Origin: Heteronotia binoei
Taxonomy: Eukaryota
NCBI RefSeq assembly: GCF_032191835.1
Contig: NC_083229.1
Span: 43,524,001-43,588,000, forward strand
Reading direction: 5' to 3'
Length of the DNA stretch: 64,000 nt
A program made the position numbers and the translations under genes. Positions 48,014 to 61,982 of the stretch are shown here, in pieces (within the stretch, counting starts at the first letter, position 1; each line of letters opens with the position of its first letter). The notes under the pieces are model-generated. The model searched no databases and had not been told where the DNA came from. It saw only the letters and a list, made by a program, of their open reading frames with translations.

Positions 48014-49454
48014 GTAAGGGTTGTAGAAGTTACATCTTATTTGTTTCCCTTAATCATAAAAAATATGTAATGAATGGTACAAGACTGGCTCTTTTTAAAA
48101 TCAGTTTTGCATAAACTGTGTCTTCTAGCCTATGCATATTCAAATCAGTCCTTTTAGGGAAGAAAAAATATTGCTGCCATGTTCGCATTCAAATTAGAAG
48201 AATATTTATTGTACAGGAGGGGGTCCACAAGAAACTTGCAGGAAGGGTGCATCCATTTCCCCACCTTCCTTCCCTTTTTTCCTTTCTAGTTCCATTTTAC
48301 CCTCACTTTCTCCCCCCTTATCTTTCTCCACACTTTCCCTTCTCTGAGGAACTTACCCCATTCTCTTTCTCTGCAGTCTTACCCCCCTCCCCTTCTGTCA
48401 GTATTCCCCCATCTATCTTTCTCCCCTCTCCCTTCCATACCTTGGTCTTTTCTTCAGCTACTGGGGCTGTCCTTACTCAGACAACTGCAGTGGTGGCTCC
48501 CAGGCCCCCTGGCAGCAGGCAGGACCCCTGAGAGCCATTGTATTGGCAGCTGAGGTAAGTCATCTGCATGTGCACAGATAATGGTTTGGGGAAGGTTAAA
48601 ACCCCAATATAATTTTTGTAAGTTTTATTTTTTTTTCTGTGAACCTGGGTTTCCCCCAAGTTTGGAAAAAAACCATCTTTCTGTCAGTGTGGGCCCGATC
48701 TGCAGATTTAGATACCTAATAACTGCGCTGACTTTTTTTTTTTTTTAAAGAACCCTTTAATTTCTGAGAAAGATTATGCCCAATGTATTACAAACAACAG
48801 GACATCCTTGGAAACCTGGTCACAATTTTATTACAGCATTGTTATTACCCAAGAATTTGGAACAATTCATCATGTTTCTCTTTTCTCAGTCTTTACACAA
48901 ACACTTCTTGGTTACTGAAGTTTTGATCTGTTCATTTTATTCTTCAACTTGTTCTATAAAAGTTAAAGAACCATTTGTTAAAAACACACTAACAGTGCAA
49001 TTCTATGCTGACATACTGTACCCTAAATACATAAGCTTTGATCAGCTTGGAACAAAGTAACTGCATAGAATTGCACTGTGACACTTATAGATATTTAATG
49101 CAATAAATCAAAATGAGTAAAAAGTCATTTGGTATTGTAATATATCCAAGTAAAAGAATTATGTACAAAATTTTATATATACACACACTGTCATTAGTCA
49201 ATTCTATACTATATTAATAAAGAAACAAAAGAAGGATTGTGTGCTGGGTTTCCATCCATTTTGTTCCTATAGTGGTAGCCTATCATTTTATTGAGGCACT
49301 GAGGTACAACTCTGTTGATTGTAGGATTCCCCCAACCAATACCCTGGAGAGCCGCTGCCAGTCTGAGAAGACAATACTGACTTTGATGGACCAAGGGTCT
49401 GATTCAGTATAAGGCAGCTTCATATGGTCATTAACTACTGGCCATGATGGTACC

Positions 49455-49625
49455 CAGGGGTGGAATTCTAGCAGGAGCTCCTTTGCATATTAGGCCACAC
49501 ATCCCTGATGTAGCCAATCCTCCAAGAGCTTACAAAAAAGAGCCCTGTAAGCTCTTGGAGGACTGGTTACATCAGGGGTGTATGGCCTAATATGCAAAGG
49601 AGCTCCTGCTAGAATTCCACCCAAG
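49455..49625. mobile_element. palindromic hAT-type MITE (171 bp)
   Basis: Near-perfect self-complementarity. 8-bp TSD ATGGTACC at 49447-49454 and 49626-49633. Confidence 0.9.
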
Positions 49626-50576
49626 ATGGTACCCAATAATGGGGGGTGGGATTCATGCTAGAGCAGAATGTAGATTTATGTAGCAAGCGCAACAGAGTTG
49701 TGGTACTATCCAAAGCAGCAATTGAAATCAGTGGGCTTAGAAGGGTATAAGTCTGCTTAGGATGGCAATGTTTGAGATGTAGAGCAAACGTTGCCATTGT
49801 AGCTTGTGTAGCAACTGAAATTACAAGCCTGGAGGACTGCCAGGAACATAATGGGACTTCTAGAATTTATAGTCAGTCTGGGTATCATAAAGATAGTTGG
49901 TTCCACTCTGGACTGAAGCTAGGAAAAGATTTACATCTTTTTTGGACTGTGACAGTTTCATTCTGTGCAAGCTTTTAAATAACTCTAAATTTCTGTTGTT
50001 TGAAAATATACATACACTTACATCAGGGGTCCCCTTTAAGGTCCTCAAGGACACCATGCCACCCTCTGACATCTTTGCTGGTGCCCATCAAGTGTTTCTA
50101 GAAAGTGGGTGGAACATTTACCCAGTAGGATTCCTGACTGGTTACTAGAGATCTGATTGGCCAGGCAGATTAAAATATTTCAGCAGTAGCTGCCACCACA
50201 ATGTTGGTTTTATTCTCTCTCACACAAGTGTTTATTTTTTAAAACTGTCCCTCTCCCTGCCCTGCACGTAGGCTTCCTCTTTGTGTGTGGCTGCACTTCC
50301 TGCGGCAACAATTTTGTGGCTATGCCTACCATTCTATGTTAGAATTCCAAAAGTGCCTGTGGGCTCAAAAAATTATCAACAGTTGTCAAATGAAACTGTC
50401 TGTATTACTTTACCCATTTTTTGTCTTGAAATGTTGCTGTTCAAATGTTGTTGTTCAAGTGGTCCTTCTTCAAGTGGGCCAAATTGGAATGATCTTTGCA
50501 GAAGATATTTAGCTACAGAGAAATTAATTAGGATATTGCGTACAGAATGGCATAAGCTTTTTTCATCTTCCTACAG

Positions 50577-50700
50577 TAGACGCATCATTAATCTTGGTCC
50601 AGTTATGCTGATTCCAGAGGAGCAACCAGCACAACCGGCAATACCTGTTCAGCCAGAAGGCACTAGAGTGGTGTGTGGACACTGTGGAAATACATTCTTG
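50577..50700 (+). CDS. PIP4P2: PIP4P2 coding exon 4
   Basis: RRIINLGPVMLIPEEQPAQPAIPVQPEGTRVVCGHCGNTFL; 124 nt. Confidence 0.97.
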
Positions 50701-52309
50701 GTAAGAATAGCCAACAGGCTCCATGCAAAGGACCAAACTTCCTCCTTTTCTAAATGAGCCCTGCAGCTATTGAAAAGTCAGAAATAGCTATGAAGAGGCA
50801 TTTGTGTGGGCCAGAGCTCTTCTCTCAAGTACTAGCTTTGAGTTCCTAAGATATTCAATCCAGGTTTCAGTTTTCTTTTTTAAATAATCACTTCCAGAGT
50901 TGGTCCTGAGGTACAGAGTTGCTCACGCCACATACGTTTGGTCCAAGTTTATAATAAAAATGTGTTTCGTCTAAGAATCTGGGTTTTGTCTGACACAGTT
51001 CACATGATAGTTAAGATTCCATTTGTTTCCCTAAAATTATCCCATGCTTTTATAGTTTCTGATAACCTTCTTCAGTCATTGAGGCTAATCTCTTGGAAAA
51101 GTACAACAGACAAGACGGGTCTGATGGGATGATCTTGATAAAGGAACTGCAGGTCTGGTTTCAACCAGAAACTGTGCTTTCCTTATCTTATAACTGACCT
51201 CATAGTTTCAGTGGGAAATTAAATAAACTGTTGTCAAGCCAAGAAACTAAAAAGAGATGGGCAAGAAAGTGGATAAAGGGCTTAGTGTAAATGAAGTTGA
51301 AGATGAGAAACTCTTAATTCTAATGGGTACCTCAATATTTATGCAGCTCATCAAAGTTCTCCTTACCCCAAATATGAAAGATATGATCACTTCCTCTTCA
51401 TATATTCCAGTTTAACTGTAGTAGAAAAAAATTATATAATTACAATATACAAGACTGATAACTGACCCGTGTTTTCTGAATTTCGCTGAGTCTTATGTCT
51501 TTATTTAGATTTTTCCCATTTAAAAATCTATATGGAGTTATGAATTTTGGCTATTGAACACAGTTTGTTTCACCAGCTTGTCTGGACAGCTCCATTGTTG
51601 CATTTCATACAAAGGTTTATGTCTGCTGATACTTACAGTATTTCCCTTGGAGTCTGTGGGATTGTTCTGGATAAGAGTTTTAAGGACTGAAGCCCAGTAT
51701 GGCCAGATGGGGCTATTTCAATTTAGTGAGCCACCTCCCTCTCCATAAGAGCAAAGCCAAGAAGAGCCTTCTTATGCAGCCCAACATGGATGGATCTGAG
51801 GCAGCACTGTGGCAAAAAAAAGTGGAGCCAAGATGGTGCTGGTGTACTCTTGGCACTGTTATGGATGCAGATTTATACCCAAGCTTTTTTGATCTGACTC
51901 ATTCTTTCTTCCCTTCCTGTCCCTCCTCTCTTTCCCAAAGATAACAACCGCTGTTCTCAGTTTATCTTAATTAAACCAGCTCTATCATCACAGGGATACG
52001 TTGACTAGGAGTACTGCTGAATATTATGTATCTGTGGGGCAGGATCTAAAGAGGTGCATCCAAAAGACTAGTACAAATGGAATATTTTAGTTTTTCTTTG
52101 AGCAGCATGTCCATGCCCAAAACACCTTTTGTGTTTTGAAAATCCAAATGTGAAACCTGCTTGGATACATAAAACCTGATTATGAACCAGATGGGATGGG
52201 GTAAAAAGCAAGAAATTCAAGCTAATCCTTTCAAGTAGTAAATTAGCTTAGAAATAGTCTTGATATTACCAAGACCCTGCATATGAATTGAAGGAAATTC
52301 AGTCAATCT

Positions 52310-52830
52310 GGCTACATAATCATACATTTGGAAGGAACCATACAGGCCATCTAGTCTAACCCCATCCTCAGTGCAGGATCAGCCTAAAGCATCCCTGCCA
52401 AGTGTTTGTCCAGCTGCTGCTTGAGAACTGCCAATGAAAGGGATCTCACCACCCCCTTGTCAGCCAGTTCCACTGCTGAACTAGTCTTACTTTAGACATT
52501 TTTTCCTGATTTCCCTCCCTAGTACCTTTCTGCCTGTAATTTAAACCCATTATTGTGAGTCCGATCCTCTGCCGTCAACACGAACAGCTCTCTGCCCTTC
52601 TCTGGCAGCCTTTCAAATACTTAAAGAGAACAATCATGTCCCCCTTCAACCTTCTCTTCTCTAGACTGAACATTCCCAAGTTCCTCAACCTTTCCTTGTA
52701 GAGCTTGGTCTCTGGACCGATCATCCTTGTTACTCTCTTCTGTACCCAGTCCATTCTGTCCATATCCTATTCAAAGTGAGGCCTCCAGAATGGCACACAG
52801 TACTCCAGGCATGACCTGACCAACGTGGAC
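52310..52830 (-). mobile_element. CR1 LINE 3' fragment
   Basis: VQKRVTRMI..PETKLYKERLRNLGMFSLEKRRLKGDMIVLFKYLKG plus the CR1 3' UTR. Confidence 0.9.
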
Positions 52831-54039
52831 ATATTTTAGGAAAAGCAAGAAGGAACAATCTCTTCCCTCCCATTATTTACAACCACATGAGATTATGCCT
52901 CCGGAATATCAATATGGCAGGTAACTCACTGGTTCTACATGTCTACTGGCTATTTTCATTTTTAATTTTATTTATGTTATTTATAGTCTGCCTTTCTCAC
53001 TAACACTCAAGGCAGATTGAACAGTGTGAGCCAATGCAGTCAACAGGATGAGACATCCAGTAAGCGATCTAATAGAATTAGGATTGTGGAAATCTAAAAC
53101 CATGTAAAAATCTAAACGAAACAAAGCAAAAACATGGTAATGCAGAAATTACATAACAAAATAATACAAACATCAACAGATTCCTTGGTTACAGTTCTCT
53201 TACAAAGCAATTTCAAAGGGAGATTAGAAAAAAGAAACTGCTGAATTGCAACTGATAATGAAGCTCAAGACAATGCATCCTCCTGGACTGAATCGAAACC
53301 TAAATTCCCAGTCTCATTACCAATGCTGATTTCTCCATGCCTACTACCCCTCTGCACATCACACCTAATCCAATCATGCCTACTATTGTCATTTGGCATC
53401 TGAAATCACTCCACTCTCCTAAGGATAGATGGATTCACATTCTACCCGTATCTAAAGAAGTGAGTAGTGACTTACAAAAGCTGATACTGTGTCACAAATT
53501 TTGTTAGTCTTTAAGGTGCTACTGGACTCTTGCTCTTTTTTTACTAGTCTAAAAAAATACAGGGAAATACCAGACAAACATAGCATTCCCCCCTCCCACC
53601 ATTGAAATCTGAAAGAGTCTGAATGTATATTTTAAACTTATCTCCATACTAATGATAAACTTCGTTTCTAGCCAAAAATAAGGAACAGACCAGTTACCAA
53701 CAATGCATTTAGTCACTGATCTTACCTCATTTTAAAATTAGGACAATAGCCATATAAATGACATCAAATTGCTGCTGCTGCCATTTATAACCATAGTTTG
53801 TATTATTTCAGATAGTCTTGTAATTTGTAAATCATGGGAAATTGTTTTATAGGGAAATCCCAACCCGTAAAGTATGGTGGGTGATACTGTGTTCAAAAGG
53901 GCATCCCAATGACGGAAGAAAATGAGAATCAAAATATTTTGCTGTGATCCCCTGTGACATCTAACATGAAGTAAAATATTCACACTGGCATTTTTTTCAA
54001 CTTTCTCTCTCTACCCCCACCTATGTTTTTTCTTTACAG

Positions 54040-54092
54040 TGGATGGAACTAAGGTTTAACACTTTGGCAAAGTGCCCACATTGCAAAAAAAT
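54040..54092 (+). CDS. PIP4P2: PIP4P2 coding exon 5
   Basis: WMELRFNTLAKCPHCKK; ttacag / gtaagt; 53 nt. Confidence 0.96.
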
Positions 54093-57000
54093 GTAAGTTT
54101 GAAAAATGCTGCTGCTGATGCGTGTATTTTTAGGAATACATTAAATTCACTCATTAGGTCTCTCTGTTGGGCAGCTAGATGTTTTCTACATCTGAAAAAT
54201 ATTGATAATGAAAGTCATCTGACCTTTCTTTCTGCTTTCCTCTGGTTCCCAAGGCAAGAGCTTTTGAAAATTCTTGCCTGATTGCAGCTGCTTGGATTAT
54301 CATTAAAAGGAAAGGAAAGCTGAAATTAACAAAGCCCGGATTGTAAACTATTTTATTGTATTATATTAAGTAGATATATTTTCAGACATAGTAATATCTT
54401 AAAAGTAAGGGAAACATGAGATGGCATTAGATGGCTGAACATCACAGAGGTGTGTGCAGCTCTTAGAACATTTGTAGCATTTGCTGGTTCAGATAAATCC
54501 ATGGGTACTGGAGGAGGATGGTATATATATTCTATGGAAAGCAACAAAAAAGCAAGGTGTTGGGGGAAGGGTATAGCAGCAGACCTGCAGCCTACATGAA
54601 AATATTTTTTTGTGAGAGGGGTGAATGCTGCAGCTCTTTCCACATTTCTGAAGCCATTAGGGGGAAACAGACAAAAAGAAAGCAGGAAACTGGCATACTA
54701 ACTAAATTCTAGTAGCTATGTTTACTTCAGTTCTTTCTGCATCTAGTACAGAATCTTAACCAAGTTTAGAGACACCCCATTAAATTCACTATTTCCAAGT
54801 ATGTCAGGAGATCAGCACAATTAAAGAACTTTTAGTCATTCAGTAATGAGCTGAAGTTGATTTTTAAAACATCTGGGAGTTGATACAGGTGTGCCATCTG
54901 AATTCTTTTTGAACGTCAACTTGAGTTGCTGTAGGGGGACATTTGTTCCCAGTGAAGCCTAAAATTTCAAGCACACTTGTCAGCAGATGTTTGTATTTGT
55001 ACTTCATCTTTCCTCCAAGGAGATCATGTGATATACATGGAATCCCTTACTTCCATTTTATGCTCCCAACAATCCTACAAAGTAACTCAACTTGCCCAGG
55101 TGCACCTAGTGAGCTTTGTGGGTGAACATAAATCTGAGAATTTTGATTCTAAGGCCAAATATTCCATCTACTGCAATTCTTTATTTAAGGTATCCAGCTG
55201 AATCCTTCATTTTTTATTTTTATTTTTTTGTGTTGGCTGAGTAAATGAGTTTAAACCAAGTACGTGGTGTTGTCTGTATTAAAGAAACATGACATTCAGA
55301 CATATGCACATAAAGATGTACTACTATGGTAAATGTTATCTGACAGTTGTCTTTTTGTGACTATTGGTGTGGCCTGTAACTAAATGCAGCTCACACTGTG
55401 ATGTACAGTTCTTAGATTTAATTCATTTGCATTTTAATCCCACCCTTCTTCTAATCAGCTCAGTATGACGTGGCTCTTCTTTCCTCATTTTATCCTCACA
55501 ACAAGCTTGTAGGGTAGGAGAGGCAGAAAGAATAATGACTAGCCCCAGATACCCCAGGAAACTTCATGGCAGCTTGGGAGTTTGAACTCAGGTCCTGGGC
55601 CAGCACTTGTAACCCCAATACCACAATGGCTATTAAACCGCTTTGCACCTCAAACATAAATTAAGTTTGGTAACACATTTAAGAGAAAAGAAACTTCACT
55701 GAACTAGTGTTTAGCATGCAGCACTTGGTTTGACATCAGTAAGATGAGTGAACTGTAATCCTTTCAGCTGAATGGGTTTGTTTGATACAAATGCATGGTC
55801 TGGGGTTAGGGAAGGGAGTAAAATATTCATTCTTATGTGTCAATAGTATAATATATATTCACATTTTCCTACATAGAAATGATCATTTCCTTGAAAACAA
55901 AAAATTACATGTAAAACAGCTTTAAATACCTGTGGAATTCTCAGATCATGCTTTTGACAGAACTTTCTTAATTGCTGTGATGTCTGGACCAGTAGAAAGC
56001 TTTGAACATCAGTCTGAAAACCTCAATAAGCAGTGCTCAACTGAGTTTGTCGTTGCCTTTTCAGTTTGAATACTTGGGAATTCTTTATTGTAGTAAAGCT
56101 CCTTAGGTCAGTCAATCTGAAGGTATTCCAGTAAGATTTTTCCCCCTAGTCACACGCTAGTCATGTGGACTCTTTCTGAACTTTTAGTTAATTTAGGCCT
56201 TAGCATTTCTGGTTTGATCACATGGTAGTTTAGTGGTTTCTTTGTTCTATTCTGAATTTTATTTGGACATATATAACTAATATCATTAAATAAATGACTA
56301 CAGTTGTCTCTCTCTGTGTCTTGGCTTGTATGGCCCTCAGTGTGGCATAAAGCTCACTCCTTGAAATACAAACTGTGTTTAGCTTTGGCAAGCTTACATT
56401 GCTGTTATGTACTCAGAATTGTTGGGGAAACAGAGGAGAGTACACCTTTCAATTATTTTCTTCCTGCTTTAGGCCATGCATTTTGTCAGATACTAAGGAT
56501 CCACATCTTCTTTTCACACACACTTCAGCTGATAGTGTTCAATGAAAGGAGCCACTTCGGCTGAATATTTTCCTTTTATGACTTATGATAGACTTTCTTC
56601 AACTTATAGAATAATGACACGCAGCGTCTCTTATTTCAGATATTAATACACTTCATGTATTGCTAGTTTGCTTTGTCAAAGTACAAAGTGCTATTAAAAG
56701 CAACAAATGAATAAAATAACACCTGTACATTCTAATAGCTACTCTTTCTATCCCTCGGCTACTAATGTCTAGTCGCTTTACCAGAAGCTGATCCCAAAAT
56801 ATCTTGTAAAATACTGATGAATGAGGCTTCTGACTCTGAGCTTCAGCAAGTCTCCAGGGACACTTTTGTGGTGCCACTTCTCTGTACTCTTGCTGGTATA
56901 TGGTAAACATAGGGGGTATTCTTTCAAGTGCTTCTAAACAGAAGTCACTAATGACCAGTGGTGTGTGCTCACTGCTGGGCCACACAAAATGTAAAACTGG

Positions 57001-58610
57001 ACAAAATTGTTATGTTCTGTTTTTTAAAAATTCAGTCAAAATTCTGTATTAAGTGAAATTTAATTCTGTAATTCTATTAATGTATGAAAATTATCTTGCC
57101 TTTTTCTGTTTTTTAAAATGGTCTAGAACCAACATAATAAAGTGAAAACTGATTTCTGCACCAGATACCGCATTCTGCTTGATATGAAATAGCAGAACGC
57201 ATATAGACTTAGTAACAGCTTTCCCTTACAGCCATTGTTTCCATTTCAGGATAATAAAAAGTAGTATGAGAAATTGATTCAAAGGCTGTTCTTCTATTAT
57301 GACCAATCCTTCCTTTCTTCCAGTTTGATATATGGGAGGTAACATTTACCCACTATTTGTTATTTGTTGTGCATACTAAAGGCCAAGTTCAGTACTCTAA
57401 GTTAAGGATAAACTAATCAGTGTGCATTTTTTCAGACTAAATACCATGAAATGTTGTCTTGAACCCAGGGTGGGGAGGGGGTTTGGGAAGCCAGCTTGGT
57501 ATTGACAGCAAATGATAGTACAGTGAAGGTAGGGAATGAATAGCTTTGCTAACATAGGCATCTTCCAGGCATTGACTCAGAAATTAGTGTGTTTGTTATT
57601 GACCTCTAGGTGCCAGTCAGGCTCTAACATGTGCAGAGGATATCCTAGAAAGTGTTTTGGGTTGGAGGTTTACAAGATCATTCAGAATGTGCACTGCCAC
57701 TTTGTTTAAGGGAACGGGTAACAGGATGCTACTGTTGACATATTAGCGTTGAGGCACCGCAAGATGAAAGGAAAAGATGCGACATGAGTACTCTTGCTCC
57801 ATCTTGTCAGGGTGCCAGTTCAGTTTTCCTCCAGTTAATGTGTATTAATGTCATATCAGTAGTAAACAAAACAGCTACTGTTCATGCTGTGCTCAAGGAT
57901 GAGCCAGTTGGCCTCGCTTGTATCACTGTTTAGTGACTGCGGTGGGAGTTGCGTTGGCCTGACTCCACTGTATAATTCTGGAATCTATCAACCTATTAGA
58001 ATCAGGAGATGGTTAAGGTGAGGGAGGGTTGCCCTTGTAGAAAAGATCTGTATAATGTAGTGGCTGAGCTAAAAGGCCATGTGTGTTCCTAAGTAGGTAG
58101 CAAGAAAAAACTGCAGGTTCTGCCTCCCCATTGTGGCCCCAAATGCTATTATTCAGAGGCAAATTTCTGAGCACAGCAGTTCTATTTAGTCATAGTGGCT
58201 AATAACTACTGATGTGTCCTCCATGAATTTTTTCTAATCCCCTTTTAAAGCAAACTAAGCTAGCTAGAGATTGTTATCACATTCCTGCAGCAGTGAATTC
58301 CATAAACTAATTACTCTTTGAATGGAAAAAGTACCTTTTTTGTTCTGACCTGAATCTGCTGCTCATCAACTTCAGTGGGTGCCTGCAAATCCTAGTATTT
58401 TGGAAGAGAAATAAAAATTCCCCTCTATATTCTCCACCAGTGAAAATGAATGCAAAGAACTCATTCAGTTTCACTGCAATTTTCCTTAGCAATCTTTCAT
58501 CCATTTGCCATCCAAGTACCCATTTCCTCTTTCTGATATTAAAGAAATGTTTCTGAATTCCATGTCAAACCTGTATTTAATTTTTGTCTTGCTTTACTGT
58601 TTGTTTTCAG

Positions 58611-58701
58611 CTCTTCTGTTGGATGTGCACTCCCACGAAGACGCTGTTGTGCATACATTACCATTGGAATGATATTTATCTTCATTGGAGTTGGATTAAC
58701 T
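58611..58701 (+). CDS. PIP4P2: PIP4P2 coding exon 6 (first TM helix)
   Basis: SSVGCALPRRRCCAYITIGMIFIFIGVGLT; tttcag / gtgagt; 91 nt. Confidence 0.96.
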
Positions 58702-59744
58702 GTGAGTGGTATGATTAATTGCATGCTGCAGTTGCACAAAGCCAGCAGTATTTTTGTAGCTAGCCAGTTATCTTTAAACTTCTGGGAATCTGCAATGTAC
58801 TAATAAAGTATCCTAAATATAAAGAATTTTTAAGCAAATACCCATTCAAAAATATATTTTAAAAATACTTCGCTACCTTCAGATTCTTTAGCTTATCCTG
58901 CAGAAACAATCTTTAAGAGTAACTATGGACAAAAACAGCAATTCTGTGTTGATGTGAAACACCTCTTCCCATGGTCCAAACATGGCAGCTGACCAGTATC
59001 TTTATTTATTTATTTTTATTTATTTATTTAGAATTTATATCCCACCCTTCCCACAAGTGGCTCAGGGCAGCTTCCAACATTAGATCCAACATAAATTAAA
59101 CAATATTTAAACATGTAAGGGAATTACTTTAAAACAGATAAAACCATAAAAATTGATAAATATTCCAATATATACAGAGATCTTTAGATATGGGTCTGCC
59201 CCAATCATATCCCCAATCAGGAGAAGGGGTGCAATTTGAAGTGTTCATAGTGTATGGGGCTCTTCAGGTACATGCAGCCACTTCCCCATGTGCCTTTCTC
59301 CCACTGAAGAGTGTAAGGGTATGAGTAAGGGGGGGGGGGGAGAGGTTCCCCTATCCCCCATGCCCTTCATGTAAAAACTCCATCATGACTAAATACATGA
59401 TATGGTGATTTCATCCTCTTCCCCCCATCACACACAGGGATTCCCTCCCCCCTTTCCCTCCTTTCTTGCTAAGCAGCCACTTTATCTCTTTTCTTCTTCT
59501 TTCTCTATGGCTGCCCCCCTCCCCGGTTGCTTTATTGTATTTATTTTAATGCTGGCACAGTCCAGGGAACTGAAAGAGACAAAATTGCCTTATATACTAC
59601 TTCTGAAATGGCACACAAGAGGCTTTTGAAAGCTCCAAATAAACAAAACGTTTTATTTAACTTAGAGGAGCAAAGGTCAGGTGGAATCAGATGTAGGATG
59701 TATGAGGTGAACAGACATAAAAACTTATGTAACTTTGTTATTTC

Positions 59745-59880
59745 AGTAGCCGTGTTGGTCTGAAGCAACAGAACAAAATTCAAGTCCAGTGGCATCTTTA
59801 AGACCAACAAAGCTGCATGCACACAAAATATTATATCTTGAATAAAATTTTGTTGGTCTTAAAGATGCCACTGATCTCTG
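59745..59880. repeat. Penelope-like inverted terminal remnant
   Basis: cagtggcatctttaagaccaacaaa ... tttgttggtcttaaagatgccactg inverted pair. Related remnants at about 27385-27495, 28605-28710 and 53435-53540. Confidence 0.55.
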
Positions 59881-59984
59881 ATTTTATTTTATTATTGCAC
59901 TAACCCCAAATAATTTGTTGCCAACAAATGACAGGCTTTCTTTCCAGTTTCTGCTTAAACACTCAAGCATATATTTTGAAGAAT

Positions 59985-60237
59985 TGCAGATTAATACCCC
60001 ACCCTTCTCTCTCAATCAGAGACTCAGAGTGGCTTACAATCTCCTATATCTTCTCCCTCCCCACAACAGACACCCTGTGAGGTGGGTGGGGCTGAGAAGG
60101 CTCTCACAAGGACAACTCCTGCGATAGCTATGGCTAACCCAAGGCCATTCCAGCAGGTGGAAGTGGAGGAATGGGGAATCAAACCCAGTTCTCCCAGATA
60201 AGAGTCTGTGCTCTTAACCACTATACCAAACTGGCTC
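59985..60237 (-). mobile_element. Squam3-like SINE
   Basis: Same family as 24730-25012. Confidence 0.85.
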
Positions 60238-60926
60238 CCTTGGAGTTTCACTGACTCTTAAAGTCTAGAAGGCAAGGACCAAGTTCCCAAAATCCTTCTA
60301 TAAACAGACTAGGGATCACTCCTCCCCCCCCCCCCCCAAAGAGATATTTCCCTATACTTCTCTTCCATTTTTGGCTTGAATGGGGAACCTCTATACACTC
60401 ACTCCTTCTGCCCCTTTTCCAGTCCACAGTCAGGGCTAAACTGTCTCTTCAGCTGTCAGTTCCCAACAGTTGTTCCATTTGAAAAGCCTGACACCCAAAA
60501 GGTTATTTATTTATTTAATCAAATTTATATCCCGCCCTCCCCCAAAGGTTCTCAAGACTTTTTAGGCATTAACTCTTGACAGACTTATCAGTCTAGTTTC
60601 TGCTACAACCCCCCCACCCCACCCCCTGGCCACAATTCCCTTTGTGCCACTAAGAGCTTTATGAGATTTTTTGAAAACTGGGAATGGCATATTGCTATAG
60701 CATTACATAGTTATAATGATATAACATCTCTAAATTCCCAGCTTTCATCTGTAAAAAAGTTTCTGATTCCATGTGAAGATATAATGGGAAAATTAGGAGA
60801 TGTTGTATGCATGTTCCATAAAACCCACTCATTTGAATATGAAACTGGAGCAAAATCTCCATGATATAGCTGCCTCTCTTGCCCTTGCTGATATCAACTG
60901 TAGCAAAGGAAGTAGCATGCTGGCAC

Positions 60927-61097
60927 CAGGGCCAGCCCTAGACTGTCTGGCATCCTAGGAGAGGCTAACTTCTGGCGCCCCCTCCCCCTCCCGCACTGAT
61001 GATGTCATCTAGTCACATGGGGTCACCCAATTCAGCATCCCCAAAAAGCCATGCCCTAGGCAATTGTCTATTTTGCATAGTGTTAGGGCTGGCCTTG
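60927..61097. mobile_element. hAT-type MITE (171 bp)
   Basis: TIRs CAGGGCCAGCCCT / AGGGCTGGCCTTG; perfect 8-bp TSD GCTGGCAC. Confidence 0.88.
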
Positions 61098-61764
61098 GCT
61101 GGCACATGGGGGAAAAATGCAAGTCCTAATTTCCTGAACTTTCCCTAAGATCCTGAGGATCCTGAACAGTCACACAGATTTATCTCTGTATATTTTAATT
61201 TGTCTTCAACAGCAGTAGGAACATGCTGCTGTCATTTAGACCACTGTCCCATGCACTTATCTGTTAGTAAATACAGCTGAATTCTGTGCATACAATCATG
61301 TGATTGGTTTGCAAATACATTACTTACTGGTGGGAAAAGCAATGTTTATTGATATTAGTAATTATAGTTATACAATGAAGACATTCTGTCACCTTGAATA
61401 TTTTAGCTTTTGTTCCTCTTAAGACAAACATAGCAAGGCTAGGAAAATTCCTCAGAAAACAGTTGGAATGTTACAGTGGAAGATATTTTTTCCCACAGAG
61501 ACTTAATATCAGAGCAACTACAAGTGGGGACCTGCAAGGGCTTGTGGCCCTCTCCCACTATTTGACTTCCCTGAAAGCCTCCATACCCTCTCCCCATTTG
61601 CTGCTTCCTTCCCACCCATCCACGAGCCCTACCTTTATCACACCCCATCTTCAGTTTTCCCTCCTTCTGGCAGCCTCTCCCTGGACCAGTTGTGCAGTGC
61701 TGGCTACTGTGCCCAGTTGCATGGTGGGAATTCATGACTTGCATAGGGCACCACATTTCCCCCA

Positions 61765-61982
61765 TATGAACATGAACATATGAAGCTGCCTTATACTGAA
61801 TCAGACCCTTGGTCCATCAAAGTCAGTATTGTCTTCTCAGACTGGCAGCGGCTCTCCAGGGTCTCAAGCTGAGGTTTTTCACACCTATTTGCCTGGACTC
61901 TTTTTTGGAGATGCCAGGGATTGAACCTGGGACCTTCTGCTTACCAAGCAGATGCTCTACCACTGAGCCACCGTCCCTCCCC
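61765..61982 (-). mobile_element. tRNA-derived SINE with LINE-like 3' tail (Squam2-like)
   Basis: The reverse complement has the head GGTGGCTCAGTGGTAGAGC...GGTTCAATCCC and a tail ending gcagcttcatatgttcatg. An 85-nt tail copy lies at 49342-49426. Confidence 0.8.

Noticed and set aside
61905-61982. tRNA-like sequence with A and B boxes on the minus strand
   Set aside because: It runs straight into a SINE body and LINE-like tail and lacks a clean cloverleaf, so it is a SINE head, not a tRNA gene. The same applies to the other SINE heads.
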